Below, piece after piece: positions 25,200 through 38,794 of a stretch of 64,000 bases of DNA. The DNA lies in the NCBI GenBank assembly GCA_964016885.1, contig OZ024740.1, positions 141,112,001-141,176,000 of the forward strand, written 5' to 3'. Position numbers and translations under genes: made by a program. This DNA comes from Eledone cirrhosa. Its lineage: Eukaryota. Numbering within the stretch: the first letter of the stretch is position 1; each line of letters begins with the position of its first letter. The notes under the pieces were generated by a model that saw only the letters and a program-made list of their open reading frames with translations, searched no databases and was not told where the DNA came from.

Positions 25200-25995
25200 G
25201 CTAACGTCTTCCATTATTTCCATCTCATTTCAGCTCACCATATGCAATTTGGCTGCTTTCAAATTCTGTAACACTAGTTGCAATCAGTTTCCTCCACTCC
25301 ATTCTATCTGATGAAAGATCTTCCCATATGCTAGAATCATTGTTGATCTTTTTAAGTGAGCTTTTTAAGGCAGCCTTTATACCATTTTTGCAACTTACAC
25401 TGAGGTCGTCTGCACTGCAGGGCTTGTTTTGGCATACTGGTGTCCTCTGTGGACCAGGTGACCAAACCATCTAAGGCAATGTTTCATTATCATGGACTTG
25501 ATACCCACCATATTGGCCAGCTGAAGTACTCTCATATCAGGCACATTAGATCATATTTAGTAGAGAATGAATGCAATGCTGGTTGAAGTGCTCAAGGACT
25601 GGGTATGCCTACAATAGGTTGTCCAAGTCATGCATCCATACAAGTTGCTTAGAGTTGTTAAGACATATGCCTTGTATACCTCTACATTTTTTTGGTAACC
25701 ATATGTCATATTTTGACCAAAGCCTTGACTTAAGATTTCCTTATGCATTGCAAGTTTTAGAAAGTTTATAACATACTTTTTCATCATGGCAGTTAAATCT
25801 AGATAGGGTGCTACCTAGGAAGACAAATGTATCCATAACATTTTACCCTTGTCATATATGGATACATTGCTATGGTCTTTCTGAGGCTCATCATAAGACA
25901 AAATTCATCACATGAGGCTGAAAAGCAGTTCATTACGAGCTGAAGATTTGCATCAGTGTGATCACAGTCATCTGTGTACAGAAGGTTACAAATCA
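25200..25995 (-). pseudogene. Degraded RTE (BovB-like) LINE fragment
   Basis: Peptides NLLYTDDC, VYKAYVLTTL..LYGCMTWTTY.RH and WEDLSSDRMEWR. Confidence 0.7.
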
Positions 25996-26395
25996 AGGAC
26001 TCAAAGGTTTTTGAAGGATCTATGGAACTGGTTGATAACTTCTGCTATCTAGGTGACTTTATTAACAGTAGAGGGGGGTGCTCTGAGAGCATAATAGCTA
26101 GAATAAGGATAGGATGGAAAACGTTTAAAGAACTACTCCTAATGTTGACTGCAAAAGGTTTCTCCCTATGTACAAAAGGACGGCTGTATAATGCATGTGT
26201 GTGAAGTGTGATGTTACATGGTAGTGAAACATGGTCAGTAACTGCAGAGGTCATGCATAAACTGGACATATGTAAACATGAAGCAGCCATACTTGACAAA
26301 CGAAGATGCTGTGGAGAGATGTTGTGCTGAGAAGGACCCATCCATCTCATGCGATCGTGGAAAAGCGGATATGAAAACGATGATGATGATAATGA
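25996..26395 (+). pseudogene. Degraded RTE (PHD-type) fragment with tail
   Basis: VDNFCYLGD..GGCSESIIARIRIGWK.FKELL; (GAT)n tail near 26380. Confidence 0.75.
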
Positions 26396-26695
26396 TATAT
26401 ATATTTTTTTTATAAGTGTGTGTCATTATCATCATCATCGTCATCATCATCGTTTTTTAAGTGTGGAATTATTCAGCCATCCTTTTGTATGTAGGGAGAA
26501 ACATTTTGTTGCCAACATATTATATGTAATATATTAGGATTGGAGCTCTGAAATAGCGATGTATACATGAATGTATGTATAGTATATTTGCCAATGTACC
26601 GTATGTTTAATTTAAAACATTTTGAAGACCTTACGCTATCAGTTTTAAAGTAGTGACTATGTCACTTACTTCTTTTTGGCGAAATAACAGAGAGA

Positions 26696-26736
26696 AGCTA
26701 ACAGTCTGTTTCACGGTGTTGCCGATCATCAGAGCC
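26696..26736 (-). ncRNA. Minimal type I hammerhead motif
   Basis: Minus strand GGCU-CUGAUGA-UCGG-CAACA-CCGU-GAAAC-AGACU-GUU-AGCU. Confidence 0.7.
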
Positions 26737-26994
26737 ACAATATATATATATATGTATAATATCACACACACACACACATGCTTACGCACGTTCACAAGTA
26801 TAGCTCTTTTTACAAAACGTTTTCTTTTCCATTTCAGGTAGATGCGCTCCATCATCCACTTTTTAAAAAAATAAATCATACACAAAACGCCACCATCAAC
26901 AGTTTTCCAAGAGATGTCAACATGAATGGACCTGTTATTTTTATCTAAAGACATTTTTTCCAATTCCCCTCAATCTATCTTATTTCTCATTCTT

Positions 26995-27030
26995 TCTTCT
27001 GATGAAGGACTAACGTCCGAAACGTTAAGA
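26995..27030 (+). ncRNA. Minimal type I hammerhead motif (dimer type)
   Basis: UCUU-CUGAUGA-A-GGAC-UAAC-GUCC-GAAAC-GUU-AAGA; stem III has no loop but forms the palindrome AACGUU. Confidence 0.75.
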
Positions 27031-27113
27031 CACTCTTCCTGCTATTTCAAGCGTTAACTTAATATATTCCTTCCATATAACTGTACCGATTGTGTTATTT
27101 CTGTTTACCTTTT

Positions 27114-27157
<44 letters not shown>

Positions 27158-27181
27158 TAAAAACGATCATGATGATATATA

Positions 27182-27285
<104 letters not shown>

Positions 27286-27579
27286 CACATATATATATAT
27301 ATATCATCATCATCGTTTTTACGTCTGCTCTTCCACGCTTGCATCAGGTGTAGGACTAAGCAAAGTGTAATTATAATAATAAAAGGACAATTTGTTATAT
27401 CTTCATTACGTTTATATATATATATACATAATAATGGTTGTTTAATAATAAGCATGGACAAGGTGTCAAATTTTCATTCAGGTGTGATGCACGTTTCATG
27501 ATTGATCAGCTCAAGGTTCAATCTCTATCGATCGGGCTCAGCTTTGGTGATCCGACAGTAACTTGACATTACAATCCCT

Positions 27580-27620
<41 letters not shown>

Positions 27621-28439
27621 ATATAAATTTAGCGAGACTCGCATTTCGGTGAGTAGAAATTAGCGAAACGCAACTTCCGATTTGTGTTGGCAAGCGCTCA
27701 ATGGATACGAAGATACCAGAGCAATAAAAATAAGTTTAAAAGGCCATACAAACTGAAACGATGGTTAAGAAGCCATTAACCACCTAAGCCAAAAAAAGCG
27801 AGCAACCTAAGCGGGTCAAACAAAATAAGATATGATTGAAATATTTACCCGGACCCTCGGAAATGATGGTAAAATCCAATACAGGGTTTCTGCGACACCT
27901 AAATCAATAATACTGTCTGCTTAAAAAATAATAAGCTTTTGGTATAATGATCGAACAAGGATATCACTTTCTCAACAGGCATTTTGTTCTGTATATATAT
28001 ATACACACACACATATTTGTCTTAATAAACTTATTTTTCAGTGACTTCTCAATCAGGCGAAAAAGGACACTCTTCGACAAACCTACATTTGGCGCAAAAT
28101 CAATTTTTAACATTCACGTGACCTCTACCAACCAATCAAAATTGTTTTGACTACAAGAATAATTAAACTATTAAACTATTCTTCCCCTTTGCTTTCCTTC
28201 CCGCCTTCTTCCGTTTTCCCAATAACTTATCCAGTTATTGATGCCCTGGGGCGAGGTATATTGTCTTTAAAGTGTAGAAATATCCGAGATCCCCAGTAGA
28301 CAACTGATGAGGATCCCTCCCCCCCTATTCTTGCTTTCTTCGTATTCCCACTGCATTTTAAGTTACCTTAAATAGCAACTACACAGCCATTTCTATTCAC
28401 CATATATTTTATCATTATATATATATATATATATATATC

Positions 28440-29672
28440 AACAGGATGATTCTTAACAGGATCCAGCCTGAGATGGAGAAGAAGCTCAGGGACAACCAGG
28501 ACGGCTTCAGAGAGGGAAGATCAACCACCAGTCACATCCTGATGCTGAGGAGGATATTAGAGGGAGCTAGAGCAAAGTGCCTTCCTGCGGTCATGGTTTT
28601 CATTGACTTTAGGAAGGCCTTTGATTCTGTGGACTGTCACTGCGTAATGAAGATCTTACAGGCTTATGGAATCCCCAAGAAGATAGTGGACCTGCTCTAC
28701 ACCAACACCAAAGCCCAAGTCATTACCCCTGATGGGATGACAGAGTTCTTTGAGACACTGCCTGGAGTGCTCCGGGGAGATACATTGGCTCCCTACCTTT
28801 TTATCATCGTAGCGGACTATTGTATGCGCCTTGCACTGGAGAAACACCAGGACTCTGGCTTTACTGTAGCACCGGCCCAGAGCAGGAGAGTTAAGGCGAA
28901 AAAGGTATCAGATGCTGAATTTGCCGACGACATAGTTTTGGTGACAAATACAGTGAAGGAGGCAGAGGATTTGATGCGGGAGGTTGAGACTGTGTCGATG
29001 AGTGTGGGGCTGAGAATGAATAAGACTAAAACAAAATATCTGGTAGAGAATGTTGAGAAGCCAGAGGGGATCACTAATGTAGGCGGGAAGCCACTAGAAT
29101 TGGTTGAGCGCTTCCTGTATTTGGGAGCAAAGATTGGGAATACGGAAGATGATGTGGTTGAGAGGAAGAGCAAAGCCTGGGCGGCGTGCCACAGCTTGAG
29201 ATCGGTGTGGAAGTCGGACCTTCGTAAAGAGCTGAAAATCCGCCTCTTCATTGCTGTAGTGGAGTCTGTGCTGCTGTACGGGTCTGAGACTTGGACACTG
29301 ACCAAGAAACTCACTCAGATGGTGGATGGGTGCTACACAAGAATGCTGAGGATGGCTCTGAATATTAATCAGTATACACTGAGGATGAAAACCTCAGTTC
29401 TGTATGGGAGCCTCCCAAAAGTCAGCTCAAAAGTGACACAGAGGAGACTGAGGTTAGCTGGACATGCTCACCGACATCCAGAGTTGACATTGCACTCAGT
29501 GCTCCTGTGGGAGCCCCTACATGGACACACTGGAAGAGGAAGACCAAGGTTAACGTATGTTGATGCCCTAAGGACAGACACTGGTCTGTTGGAGATGCAG
29601 GACATGGCAGCGATAATGAGGGACAGTGACCACTGGAGAGAACTCGTCCATGGATTTCGGGAATTTTACCCG

Positions 29673-29675
<3 letters not shown>
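28440..29675 (+). mobile_element. 5'-truncated non-LTR retrotransposon (RTE-like RT without PHD insert); open frame runs into (TA)n
   Basis: NQDGFREGRST, FIDFRKAFDSV, GVLRGDTLAPYLF, FADDIVL, FLYLG, VLLYGSETW, RRLRLAGH, GRGRPR; both ends abut (TA)n. Confidence 0.9.
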
Positions 29676-29747
<72 letters not shown>

Positions 29748-29749
29748 TA

Positions 29750-29833
<84 letters not shown>

Positions 29834-29840
<7 letters not shown>

Positions 29841-30142
29841 AAAAAGAGATGAAATCGAAAATGCAACTGGAGTCTTATTTTTTTTTTTTAAATATATATA
29901 TTTATTTGGTTCCTTTACCGGTTTCGCAGTTCTTCTGCTTTTCAAAAGGTGAGTTGAGATGGAGGGTCTGTGGTTTTTCTCACATCTCAGATGTGAGAAA
30001 AACCACAGACCCTCCATCTCAACTCACCTTTTGAAAAGCAGAAGAACTGCGAAACCGGTAAAGGAACCAAATAAATATATATATTTAAAAAAAAAAAATA
30101 AGACTCCAGTTGCATTTTCGATTTCATCTCTTTTTCTTTATA
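29834..30142. repeat. Perfect palindrome, 154-bp arms, 1-nt spacer (centre 29988), each arm carrying an HHR
   Basis: ...tttttctcacatct-c-agatgtgagaaaaa...; the arms appear to be exact reverse complements and are embedded in long (TA)n. Confidence 0.92.
30027..30064 (+). ncRNA. Minimal hammerhead with U3-A8 compensatory core (mirror copy 29912-29949 on minus strand)
   Basis: CCUU-UUGAAAA-GCAG-AAGAA-CUGC-GAAAC-CG-GUA-AAGG; all three stems pair and G10.1-C11.1 is retained. Confidence 0.7.
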
Positions 30143-30198
30143 CTTTCACTCGTGTAGGACACCTCGGTTATTTTTCATTTTGTAAAAAAAAACCTCAC

Positions 30199-30273
<75 letters not shown>

Positions 30274-30279
30274 TATATG

Positions 30280-30351
<72 letters not shown>

Positions 30352-30357
30352 TATATG

Positions 30358-30415
<58 letters not shown>

Positions 30416-30486
30416 TTAGAGTTATAAACTCAAACAGTCCTTTACAATTAATTAGCTCAAAGAAAGAAGCATTTCTGAGCCGTGAC

Positions 30487-30805
30487 ATACAAGTTAATAT
30501 AAATTAATATATGATAAACACATAAGTGTTTGTATTGTAAAAGACGAAGTTAGTTAGAATGAAATAAACTAATTCAAATAAATATAGTTTGCCTGTCTCG
30601 ATTTAAAATAATAAATCAATAAAAACAAACCCATATTGGCAATACGGTTATTGCCAATATGGGTTTGTTTTTATTGATTTATTATTTTAAATCGAGACAG
30701 GCAAACTATATTTATTTGAATTAGTTTATTTCATTCTAACTAACTTCGTCTTTTACAATACAAACACTTATGTGTTTATCATATATTAATTTATATTAAC
30801 TTGTA

Positions 30806-30806
<1 letters not shown>
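30487..30806. repeat. Perfect palindrome, 158-bp arms, 4-nt spacer cggt (30645-30648)
   Basis: ccatattggcaata-cggt-tattgccaatatgg centre; sequence related to the 31110-31640 unit. Confidence 0.9.
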
Positions 30807-30870
<64 letters not shown>

Positions 30871-31109
30871 AATGTAATGTGCAGTTACTGTAGGTTCATC
30901 CGAGTGAGCACTCGATGCATTGTTTCCAGTTGGTAAAGAGGTGTAGGACTAAGCAGAGTGTAATTATAATAATAAAAGGACAATTTGTTATATCTTCATT
31001 ACGTTTATTGAGTAGTAACCTAGCATGTCTCATAAACGTATACTACTAAAAATAACAACCAAGTTTACTCGACATTTAAATTAGCTCAACAAATTAACGG
31101 AGCCGAATA

Positions 31110-31640
31110 TATCAAATGTATATATTGAGTTAGAAACTCAAAATAGTCTCTTACAATTAAATAGCTCAAGAAAAGAGATTTTTTCGAACCGTATAATACA
31201 ACTGAATATAAAAGGGAGATAAAGAGAGATGCCATTTGCGTTATTTTATATACGCACACTATTCAGTCTTCTGAGATACTTAGAAGTGAAGAGTTTATTA
31301 ATTTTAAACCCACCGATGAGCAAAAGAATTGGTAATTCTCTTCACTAAAATTGCAAAACAGCCATACCAAAAGCTGTTTGAGTGTCTGGTAGTTACCCCA
31401 ATATTGGTTTGTATTTATTTTTTTGATTTATTCTTTTAAATTGAGTCAGTCTGTAGTTAGTATTTTTTTCACCCTAGCAAATCTGGTTCCTTACAATTTG
31501 AACACATATATGTATAGATCTCTGTTTATCTGTCTTTTATATTCAATTATATTATACAACTCAGAAAAATCTCTTTCCTTGAGCTATTTAACTGTAAGAG
31601 ACTATTTTGAGTTCCTAACTCAATATATACCTTTGATATA
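31110..31640 (+). mobile_element. Older fold-back PLE-like unit (arms ~31110-31215 / 31535-31640) with a degenerate HHR-like spacer
   Basis: Diverged inverted arms; the spacer has ccgatga-gcaa...ttgc-aaaacagc...gctgttt. Confidence 0.5.
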
Positions 31641-32114
31641 TATACATTTATAAATATACCCATACACACAGACATGAGTACATACACATATACACCATAT
31701 TCTTGCATAAAAATGGACGATCACGTCCCCTTACCATCTGATGCTGCTAAAGTAAAGAAACTTTGATGAATTGCCATAAAAGTGACATTAAGGGTTTTTG
31801 GAGGTTCTGGTAACGATTTAATTTCTCTAAAATAGAGAAATTTCAAGGAATTAGTCACAGGATTGACTTTTCGTTAAAAATATTGTTCAGATGTCTCTAA
31901 AAGATAAAATCAAAAAGCGCAATAGGGCCCATGCCTTTGGCAATCCCAGGGCACATCTGTCTTGCTGGGCCCCAGTCCCATTGATAGGGCCCCCTGCAGA
32001 TGGGAGTCCAGGGCAAATGCCCTGTTTGCCCTGCTATAAATCCAGTCCCATTTGTTTGTGTATACATGTATGTATACATGTATGTATATATGTATATATA
32101 TGTATGTATATATA

Positions 32115-32145
<31 letters not shown>

Positions 32146-32263
32146 AACGTTTGAATATGTGTAATAAAGCCAAAACAATGCAGGTATGGACATAGAAAAA
32201 AAGAATGCAATTGTAAAAGATATTGTTGACAATTCGTCCTTTACCTTAAATTTATTTAAATGT

Positions 32264-32298
32264 CCTTAATTTTCGAGATAATATCTCTTCTTCAGAGG
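32264..32298 (-). ncRNA. Minimal hammerhead motif in PLE 3' terminal repeat
   Basis: Reverse complement of 34430-34464. Confidence 0.7.
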
Positions 32299-32679
32299 GA
32301 AATAAAGGTCTCAAACCAGCGTTCTAAATATCTAGCCAAGCCATGCTGACAGGAAATAGTATAGAGTATCTGTTCTATCTCTAATATCAAAGAGTTAAAA
32401 TTAGGTGGATAAAGAGTAGTCTCCCTTTAAAAGGGGTTTGTTTAGGGTTTTTTTTATTTTTATTTTATATACATGCCTGTATAAGTGTGTGGGAGAATGC
32501 ATGAAGGTGTAAGTATGTGAGTGTGTGTGTGTGAGTGTGAGAAGATAAGTCTAATCGTAAATGTGGGGGGTAGGTGTTATCTGGTGTTAGAACTGGTTTT
32601 GTGTGTGTATGTGTGAGAGAGAATAAGTGGAGGTGTAAGCGTGTGGGGGGGGGGGGTAAATATGGGGCTAGAGGCCCTA

Positions 32680-34334
32680 TCAGGTTATAAATTGGGTGTT
32701 GAGTTCTAGTCTATTATTGATTGGTGGTTGTGTTTTATCTATAATTAGTGCTTCCTTAATTCTAAGATTGCCGAGGTTTCTTTCCTTAGTTTCTATCCTA
32801 ACTGTTATGGTTTTGTCGGTGTTTTTGCATTTAACTAGGTGTTTCTTAAATGAGGAAGCGTTAGTATTGAGGTGTTCTTTTATTCTTATGTGGAGTGGTC
32901 TGGTGGTGCTACCTACATAGAAGTTGTTGCATTTGTCACACTCTAGTCTGTATACGACGTAAGCCTGGTGGCATAGGTCTGTGTCGTTGATGGGGCAGTT
33001 GGCTAGTCTGCAGCAGTTGTCATGTCTGGTGGAGTGTCTCTTGGCCAGCCGTCCGCGCAGAGAAGGACCCGAGCGGGCCAGTTGGAAATCCAGTCCCTCT
33101 CGTCTGATGGTTCTGCGGATGGCTGTTGTTGTTTCTTCACTGAAGTGTGGGAGCTTCAGGAAGCAAGTGTTAGTGCCTCGGGTGTGGTGTTCTCTGTTCT
33201 TACTGGCACGGTTTGTGGTGGATGTCGTGTATCCGTTCAGTTTGAGTACTTCCAGGAAATGTGTGGTGTGTGTGTCTCGGTCTCTAGCGTCGATGCATTT
33301 GTTCCGGATACGTGCCAGTTCGTTCCTTATGTATCCGAACTTGGCACCGAGTGGGAGGGCCGATCTGAAATGTACGAACAGGTCCCTGCTGGCGGCTTTT
33401 TCATAGAAGCAGGTGTGGATGTTGCCTTCCTCTGTTACCCTGAGTTGGAAGTCCAGTAGGGATACGGATCCGCGGTCATCGGGGTGTTCCATGCTGAACT
33501 TTATACTGGCGTCCATGCTGGAGAATGTTGTGTATATTTTATCTGCCTCCTCACGGGATGATGTAAGGATGAGTATGTCATCTACATATCGGGTTAAGAA
33601 GGCATGGGAATGGCAGGTGTTGAGGGCTCGGCATTCTAGCTGGTTCATGTAGGTAATGGCCAGCAGGCCCGATAGGCTGGATCCCATGGGTAATCCTGTT
33701 GTCTGTCTGTATGTGTGGTGGTGGAAGGTGAAGTACGTGTTGTCTACTGTGAAGGACAAAAGCTGGTGTATGTCCGTCGGGTGCAGGCCGTAGCAGTGGA
33801 TGTCCTCTGCGACCACGCAGTCCGTCAATAAATCGACAGCTGGATGAGCGGGGACTGTAGTGTAGAGGGAGACAACGTCGAGGCTAAAAGCGTATTTATT
33901 TAGTTTAAGTTGTTCTGGCTGGAGTTGGTGTAGTCTACGTATAACTTCGTCGGAGCTACTGACATGCCCGGGAAAGGTGGAGAGTAGAGGCTTGAGGACC
34001 TGGGAGAGGGGCCAGGAAATTTTGTAATGGGGTCCTTCTATGCTAGAGACGATGGGTCTTATTTGCGTCTTAGTACTATTCTTGTGGGTCTTGATGAGGT
34101 GGTAGAAAGTGGGCAGTCTGCTATTTCTAGTGGTGTAGTTGAGCTTAACTTTATTTGGGAGTTGTCTTCTCCTACAGATATCGAACCAAATGGAGTTGGT
34201 CTGTTTTTCGATCTGGGCTGCAGTCATGTCCGGGATCACTGTGTATAATTCACTGTCGCTTAGGTGTTCGAAGGCTAGGTTATTGTATGTGGCTTGAGAG
34301 ATGACGCAAAACTCTTTGTCGGATGGTACCTTTG
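32680..34334 (-). CDS. PLE ORF (5'-truncated): RT core and GIY-YIG endonuclease
   Basis: PSDK, FYHLIKTHK, IRPIVS, SLDVVSLYT, GLPMGSSLSG, RYVDD, LLDF; VVYRLECDKCNNFYVGSTTRPLHIRIKEH..EALII..PINN. Confidence 0.93.
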
Positions 34335-34429
34335 TCTTTGATATTAGAGATAGAACAGATACTATATACTATTTCCTGTCAGCATGGCTTGGCTAGATAT
34401 TTAGAACGCTGGTTTGAGACCTTTATTTC

Positions 34430-34464
34430 CCTCTGAAGAAGAGATATTATCTCGAAAATTAAGG
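34430..34464 (+). ncRNA. Minimal hammerhead motif (dimer type)
   Basis: CCU-CUGAAGA-A-GAGA-UAUUA-UCUC-GAAAA-UUA-AGG. Confidence 0.7.
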
Positions 34465-34626
34465 ACATTTAAATAAATTTAAGGTAAAGGACGAATTGTC
34501 AACAATATCTTTTACAATTGCATTCTTTTTTCTATGTCCATACCTGCATTGTTTTGGCTTTATTACACATATTCAAACGTTTATACCTCATTACACAATG
34601 CTTCAAGTGAACTATAACCTCCTCCC

Positions 34627-34660
<34 letters not shown>

Positions 34661-35336
34661 AAGTGAATTGAAGGTTCTGTAACTCTGATATACAGATTAT
34701 TTATTATTAAGATGTATAAACTTGACAAAACTATTATCATCTTATATTCTCTCAACTAATCACATTTGATCATATTTCTCTATCCCGTTTTCTCCCCCCA
34801 TAATTATAATATTTTTATTTGAAAAAATCGGTTTTTTTACATTGTGTTTTCCCCTTCAAATACTTGCTTATATTTCTTTATATATTCTCTATATATTTTT
34901 TTAATATATATATTTTTTATCTTTATTCTTATTTTCACTTTTATCCTCCTTTATATTTTACCTTATTCTTACTTTTATACCTTATTATAGTGTAATCTTC
35001 CCCATGCCTTATTATTAATTATAGATTATTATTATTACTCTTTTTCCATTTCTAATTACCTCATGTACTTTCTCCTCCGTTATATATATATTGTATGCCC
35101 TTTGTGTGTGTGTAGCCTCTGCACACCCTCTGCACCCTACTATCGAGGCCACCACCAGCTAACCACTCGACTCCCGGGAATGAATATGACCGCAGCTAGT
35201 AAACAAGGACCCACACCCACCCTCCCGCACCAAAATTAGACTTATCGTCCCCTACTTTTGCTCTTTACTCTATTTACTCTTTGATATTGAATGTTTGGTT
35301 GGTAGAGTCCATAACACCAATCAAACCCCTTTTATA

Positions 35337-35381
35337 GCTCTGACGAATCCTACGGTTACGTAAGGAAGAAACATTGTAAGC
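35337..35381 (+). ncRNA. Minimal hammerhead motif related to 2211-2255
   Basis: GCU-CUGACGA-AUCCUACG-GUUA-CGUAAGGAA-GAAAC-AUU-GUA-AGC; same stems I and III as the 1-2 kb copies, with stem II changed but still pairing. Confidence 0.7.
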
Positions 35382-35469
35382 CAATAAAAATCTTTTGATG
35401 TTGTAGACGCTCTTGTGTTCTTTATCATATATATATATATATACACACATATTCATATATGTATCTAAA

Positions 35470-35506
<37 letters not shown>

Positions 35507-35783
35507 GCATGTATGTATGTGTTTGTATGCAGGTATATGTATTTTTATGTGTTACGAAACTATTAAGGAAAATATTTCATCTATGTATATGTATTCGAAA
35601 ATGATAGACAAACACTTAAAATGTCAACCAACTATAATAATTATTTTACAAAGAAGCTAGAGAGCCAATAAGTTTGTCTAAAAATATGCAAGAATTTGCT
35701 ATGGCAACTAAGAAATGCGCAATTTCCAAAAACATTTTTTTGTTCTCTCATGTTTACTCTCTCGCTTGCTGTGTTTTTCACTT

Positions 35784-35880
<97 letters not shown>

Positions 35881-35969
35881 GATACATATATATATATATG
35901 TATACATATACATATAAATATATATATTTATCTATTTATTTATTTGTATATGTATACACGTGCATGTAT

Positions 35970-36375
35970 ATCATCATCATCATCATTTTACGTCCACTTT
36001 TCCCTGCTTGCAAGGGTGGGACGGGAACTGATTCTGGCTTGATTTCTATAGCTGGATGCCCTTCCGTACATCAACCTCATTTACAGTGAGTGCTGGGTGC
36101 TTTTTTTCCGTGGCACCTCCACGACCACTTCGCAGTCATAAAGTGAGACCAGTGGTTGACTACCAGGCTGCTGTCGAAGATCCTGCTCATCATACCTGTC
36201 AAGCATGTGGAAGAGTGTGTAGATCAGCAGGAGGGTTCAAACGACATGCAAAAGTACATGAACTCCAACCACAGCCAGCTATTGCCTGTGAATGTTTTGG
36301 TTGGCAACTCTATACAAGACATTTTAGATGATTGGCTGGGCTAAAAAGCCACATTCGATCGCAGCACCGTTAATT
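35970..36375. mobile_element. SINE A 3' half (minus, 35970-36130) joined to a C2H2 zinc-finger C-terminus of a BovB-like RTE (plus)
   Basis: SINE tail identity with 11709-11870; peptide HTCQACGRVCRSAGGFKRHAKVH..LAGLKSHIRS. Confidence 0.6.
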
Positions 36376-36432
36376 GTTAATATATATGTGTGTATATGTA
36401 TGTGCGTGTGTGGGTATGTATATGTATGTGTG

Positions 36433-36513
<81 letters not shown>

Positions 36514-36568
36514 AAAAACCATACCATTTGTATTGCCTCTCTGTTTTTTGTTCTCTGTTTATTTATTC

Positions 36569-36611
<43 letters not shown>

Positions 36612-36618
<7 letters not shown>

Positions 36619-37795
36619 AACAATACAATATAATTACCTCATTACCAGAGGTTTCCCGAATAAGACGAATACAAGAAACTTCCTCATTCGTTCGTCGGAC
36701 AAGGCAATTTAAAACATAGTGAAATATTTGAAAAATCTCCTCAAGAAAGGCAAAAGTTTAATGGGCAAAAAAATATATAAATAAAAGTAATGCAAGAGAT
36801 ATATAAAAATAAAATAAGGAAATATAGTTAGGGTATGTGTATAAATGTGTGTATATTCACTCACAAATGTACATATGTGTGTATTTACAAATGCATGTGT
36901 ATAGTGAAAAAATGTGTGCGTAAGTACATATATATGAGGGCAAGCATATCAGTGTATGTGTGACCACAAATACGTATATAATATATGTTGAAAAAGAAAT
37001 TGTAAGATAACAGAGTTAACGTACATCCAGACTCAGGTACTAAGGATTGAAATATATACACATACAAGTATGAAAGCACGCGTATAAACACACACACACG
37101 CGCAACCACAAGAGGAACAAGAAGATGCGCACTCTACATAAGTGAAAAATATTGGATTTTACAGAACCTTCAATCACCAAAAACCTGCCTAAATGCAAAA
37201 ACAGAAATTTTCACCAGTTGCCCACACATGAAATCACACTTGCGTTCCAGCTCATATAAACTTAACTCACTTTCAGATACTTATCCTCCATAAACTCTTG
37301 TTCTTCACTTTCCTTATCTTACCCTCTTTACAGACTTCTTTTTCTGATTTACTTTTATTTTTATTTTTACTTCACATCCACGAGTGAACCCCCCCCCCCC
37401 TTTTTTTGATTCACTTACTTTATATCTTCACAATTTGACATATTTTACTTCCCCATTTTCTTTCACTACCTGATATCACTTGTCACTTGCGTTTTCAACT
37501 CCAGATATATTCTGTTGTCTCTCAGCCGCTTTTATGTATGTTTACTTGCGTATAATTTGTACTCATTTATACATACGGCTGGTTTTTATATTGTATCTAT
37601 GCGTGTGAGCGTGCATGTGTGTGTATGCGTGTTTGTATATGTATACGAACGCATTCGTATGTGTGTGTGTGGATATGTGTGTGTGTAAGTGTGTTTTTAT
37701 ATCTATGTTTTTACATACTTATATATTTCTGTGAGTATATGTGTGTGTATGTGCGTTTTTATATGTTTTTTTACATACTTATATATGTGTGTGTG

Positions 37796-37844
<49 letters not shown>

Positions 37845-38794
37845 ATATCTATGTGTATGTATGTGTGTATATATATGTATATAGTCGCGTGCGTGCGTGT
37901 GATTAGATGTACATGTACGTATGTGCTTCGTGTGTATGTATGCGCGCCTTTGTATGTATGTACGCATGTATGTGCTTTTGTCTGTACGTATTTATATATA
38001 TATTTATATATATATATGTGTATGTAAGAACCTATATTTGTTTTTTTATTTTTTCTAGTGTTACTTTATAATTGATAACCCCTCCCTCTTACTTTCTCTT
38101 TGATTTAATTTTTTTATTCTCATATATTTTTTCATTTTTTCTTTTTTATATATTTATCGACCTTCAGCCTGACACTGCTTTGACTGAAACACTCCCTTCC
38201 CTGTATATATCACTCGCATGTATGTGGTTGCGCGTGTGTGTGTTTATACGCGTGCTTTCATACTTGTATGTGTATATATTTCAATCCTTAGTACCTGAGT
38301 CTGGATGTACGTTAACTCTGTTATCTTACAATTTCTTTTTCAACATATATTATATACGTATTTGTGGTCACACATAACTGATATGCTTGCCCTCATATAT
38401 GTACTTACGCACACATTTTTTCACTATACACATGCATTTGTACATACACACATATGTACATTTTTGAGTGAATATACACACATTTATATACATACTCTAA
38501 CTATATTTCCTTATTTTATTTTTATATATCTCTTGCATTACTTTTATTTATATATTTTTTTGCCCATTAAACTTTTGCCTCTCTTGAGGAGATTTTTCAA
38601 ATATTTCACTTGTTTTAAATTGCCTTGTCCGACGAACGAATGAGGAAGTTTCTTATATTCGTCTTATTCGGGAAACCTCTGGTAATGAGGTAATTATATT
38701 GTATTGTTTATTATACATTAAATTTAGCTCTGGTACTTACATAGAGCACTCTTCACTCCTATGACTTTTTCAATTTTCAACAGAAACTTCAATA

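Larger units (their letters stand above)
32142..34627 (-). mobile_element. Penelope-like element with inverted terminal repeat (arms 32142-32393 / 34335-34585)
   Basis: RT plus GIY-YIG ORF; ~250-bp near-identical inverted arms containing HHRs; (TA)n at both ends. Confidence 0.92.

Noticed and set aside
28300-28320. ctgatgag core; similar partial cores near 40690 (minus) and 42647
   Set aside because: No downstream GAAA with pairing stems could be assembled.
29834-30806. Explaining all palindromes as assembly artefacts
   Set aside because: Cannot be excluded for the two perfect ones, but the other units have diverged arms, junction stutters and a consistent PLE/HHR polarity.
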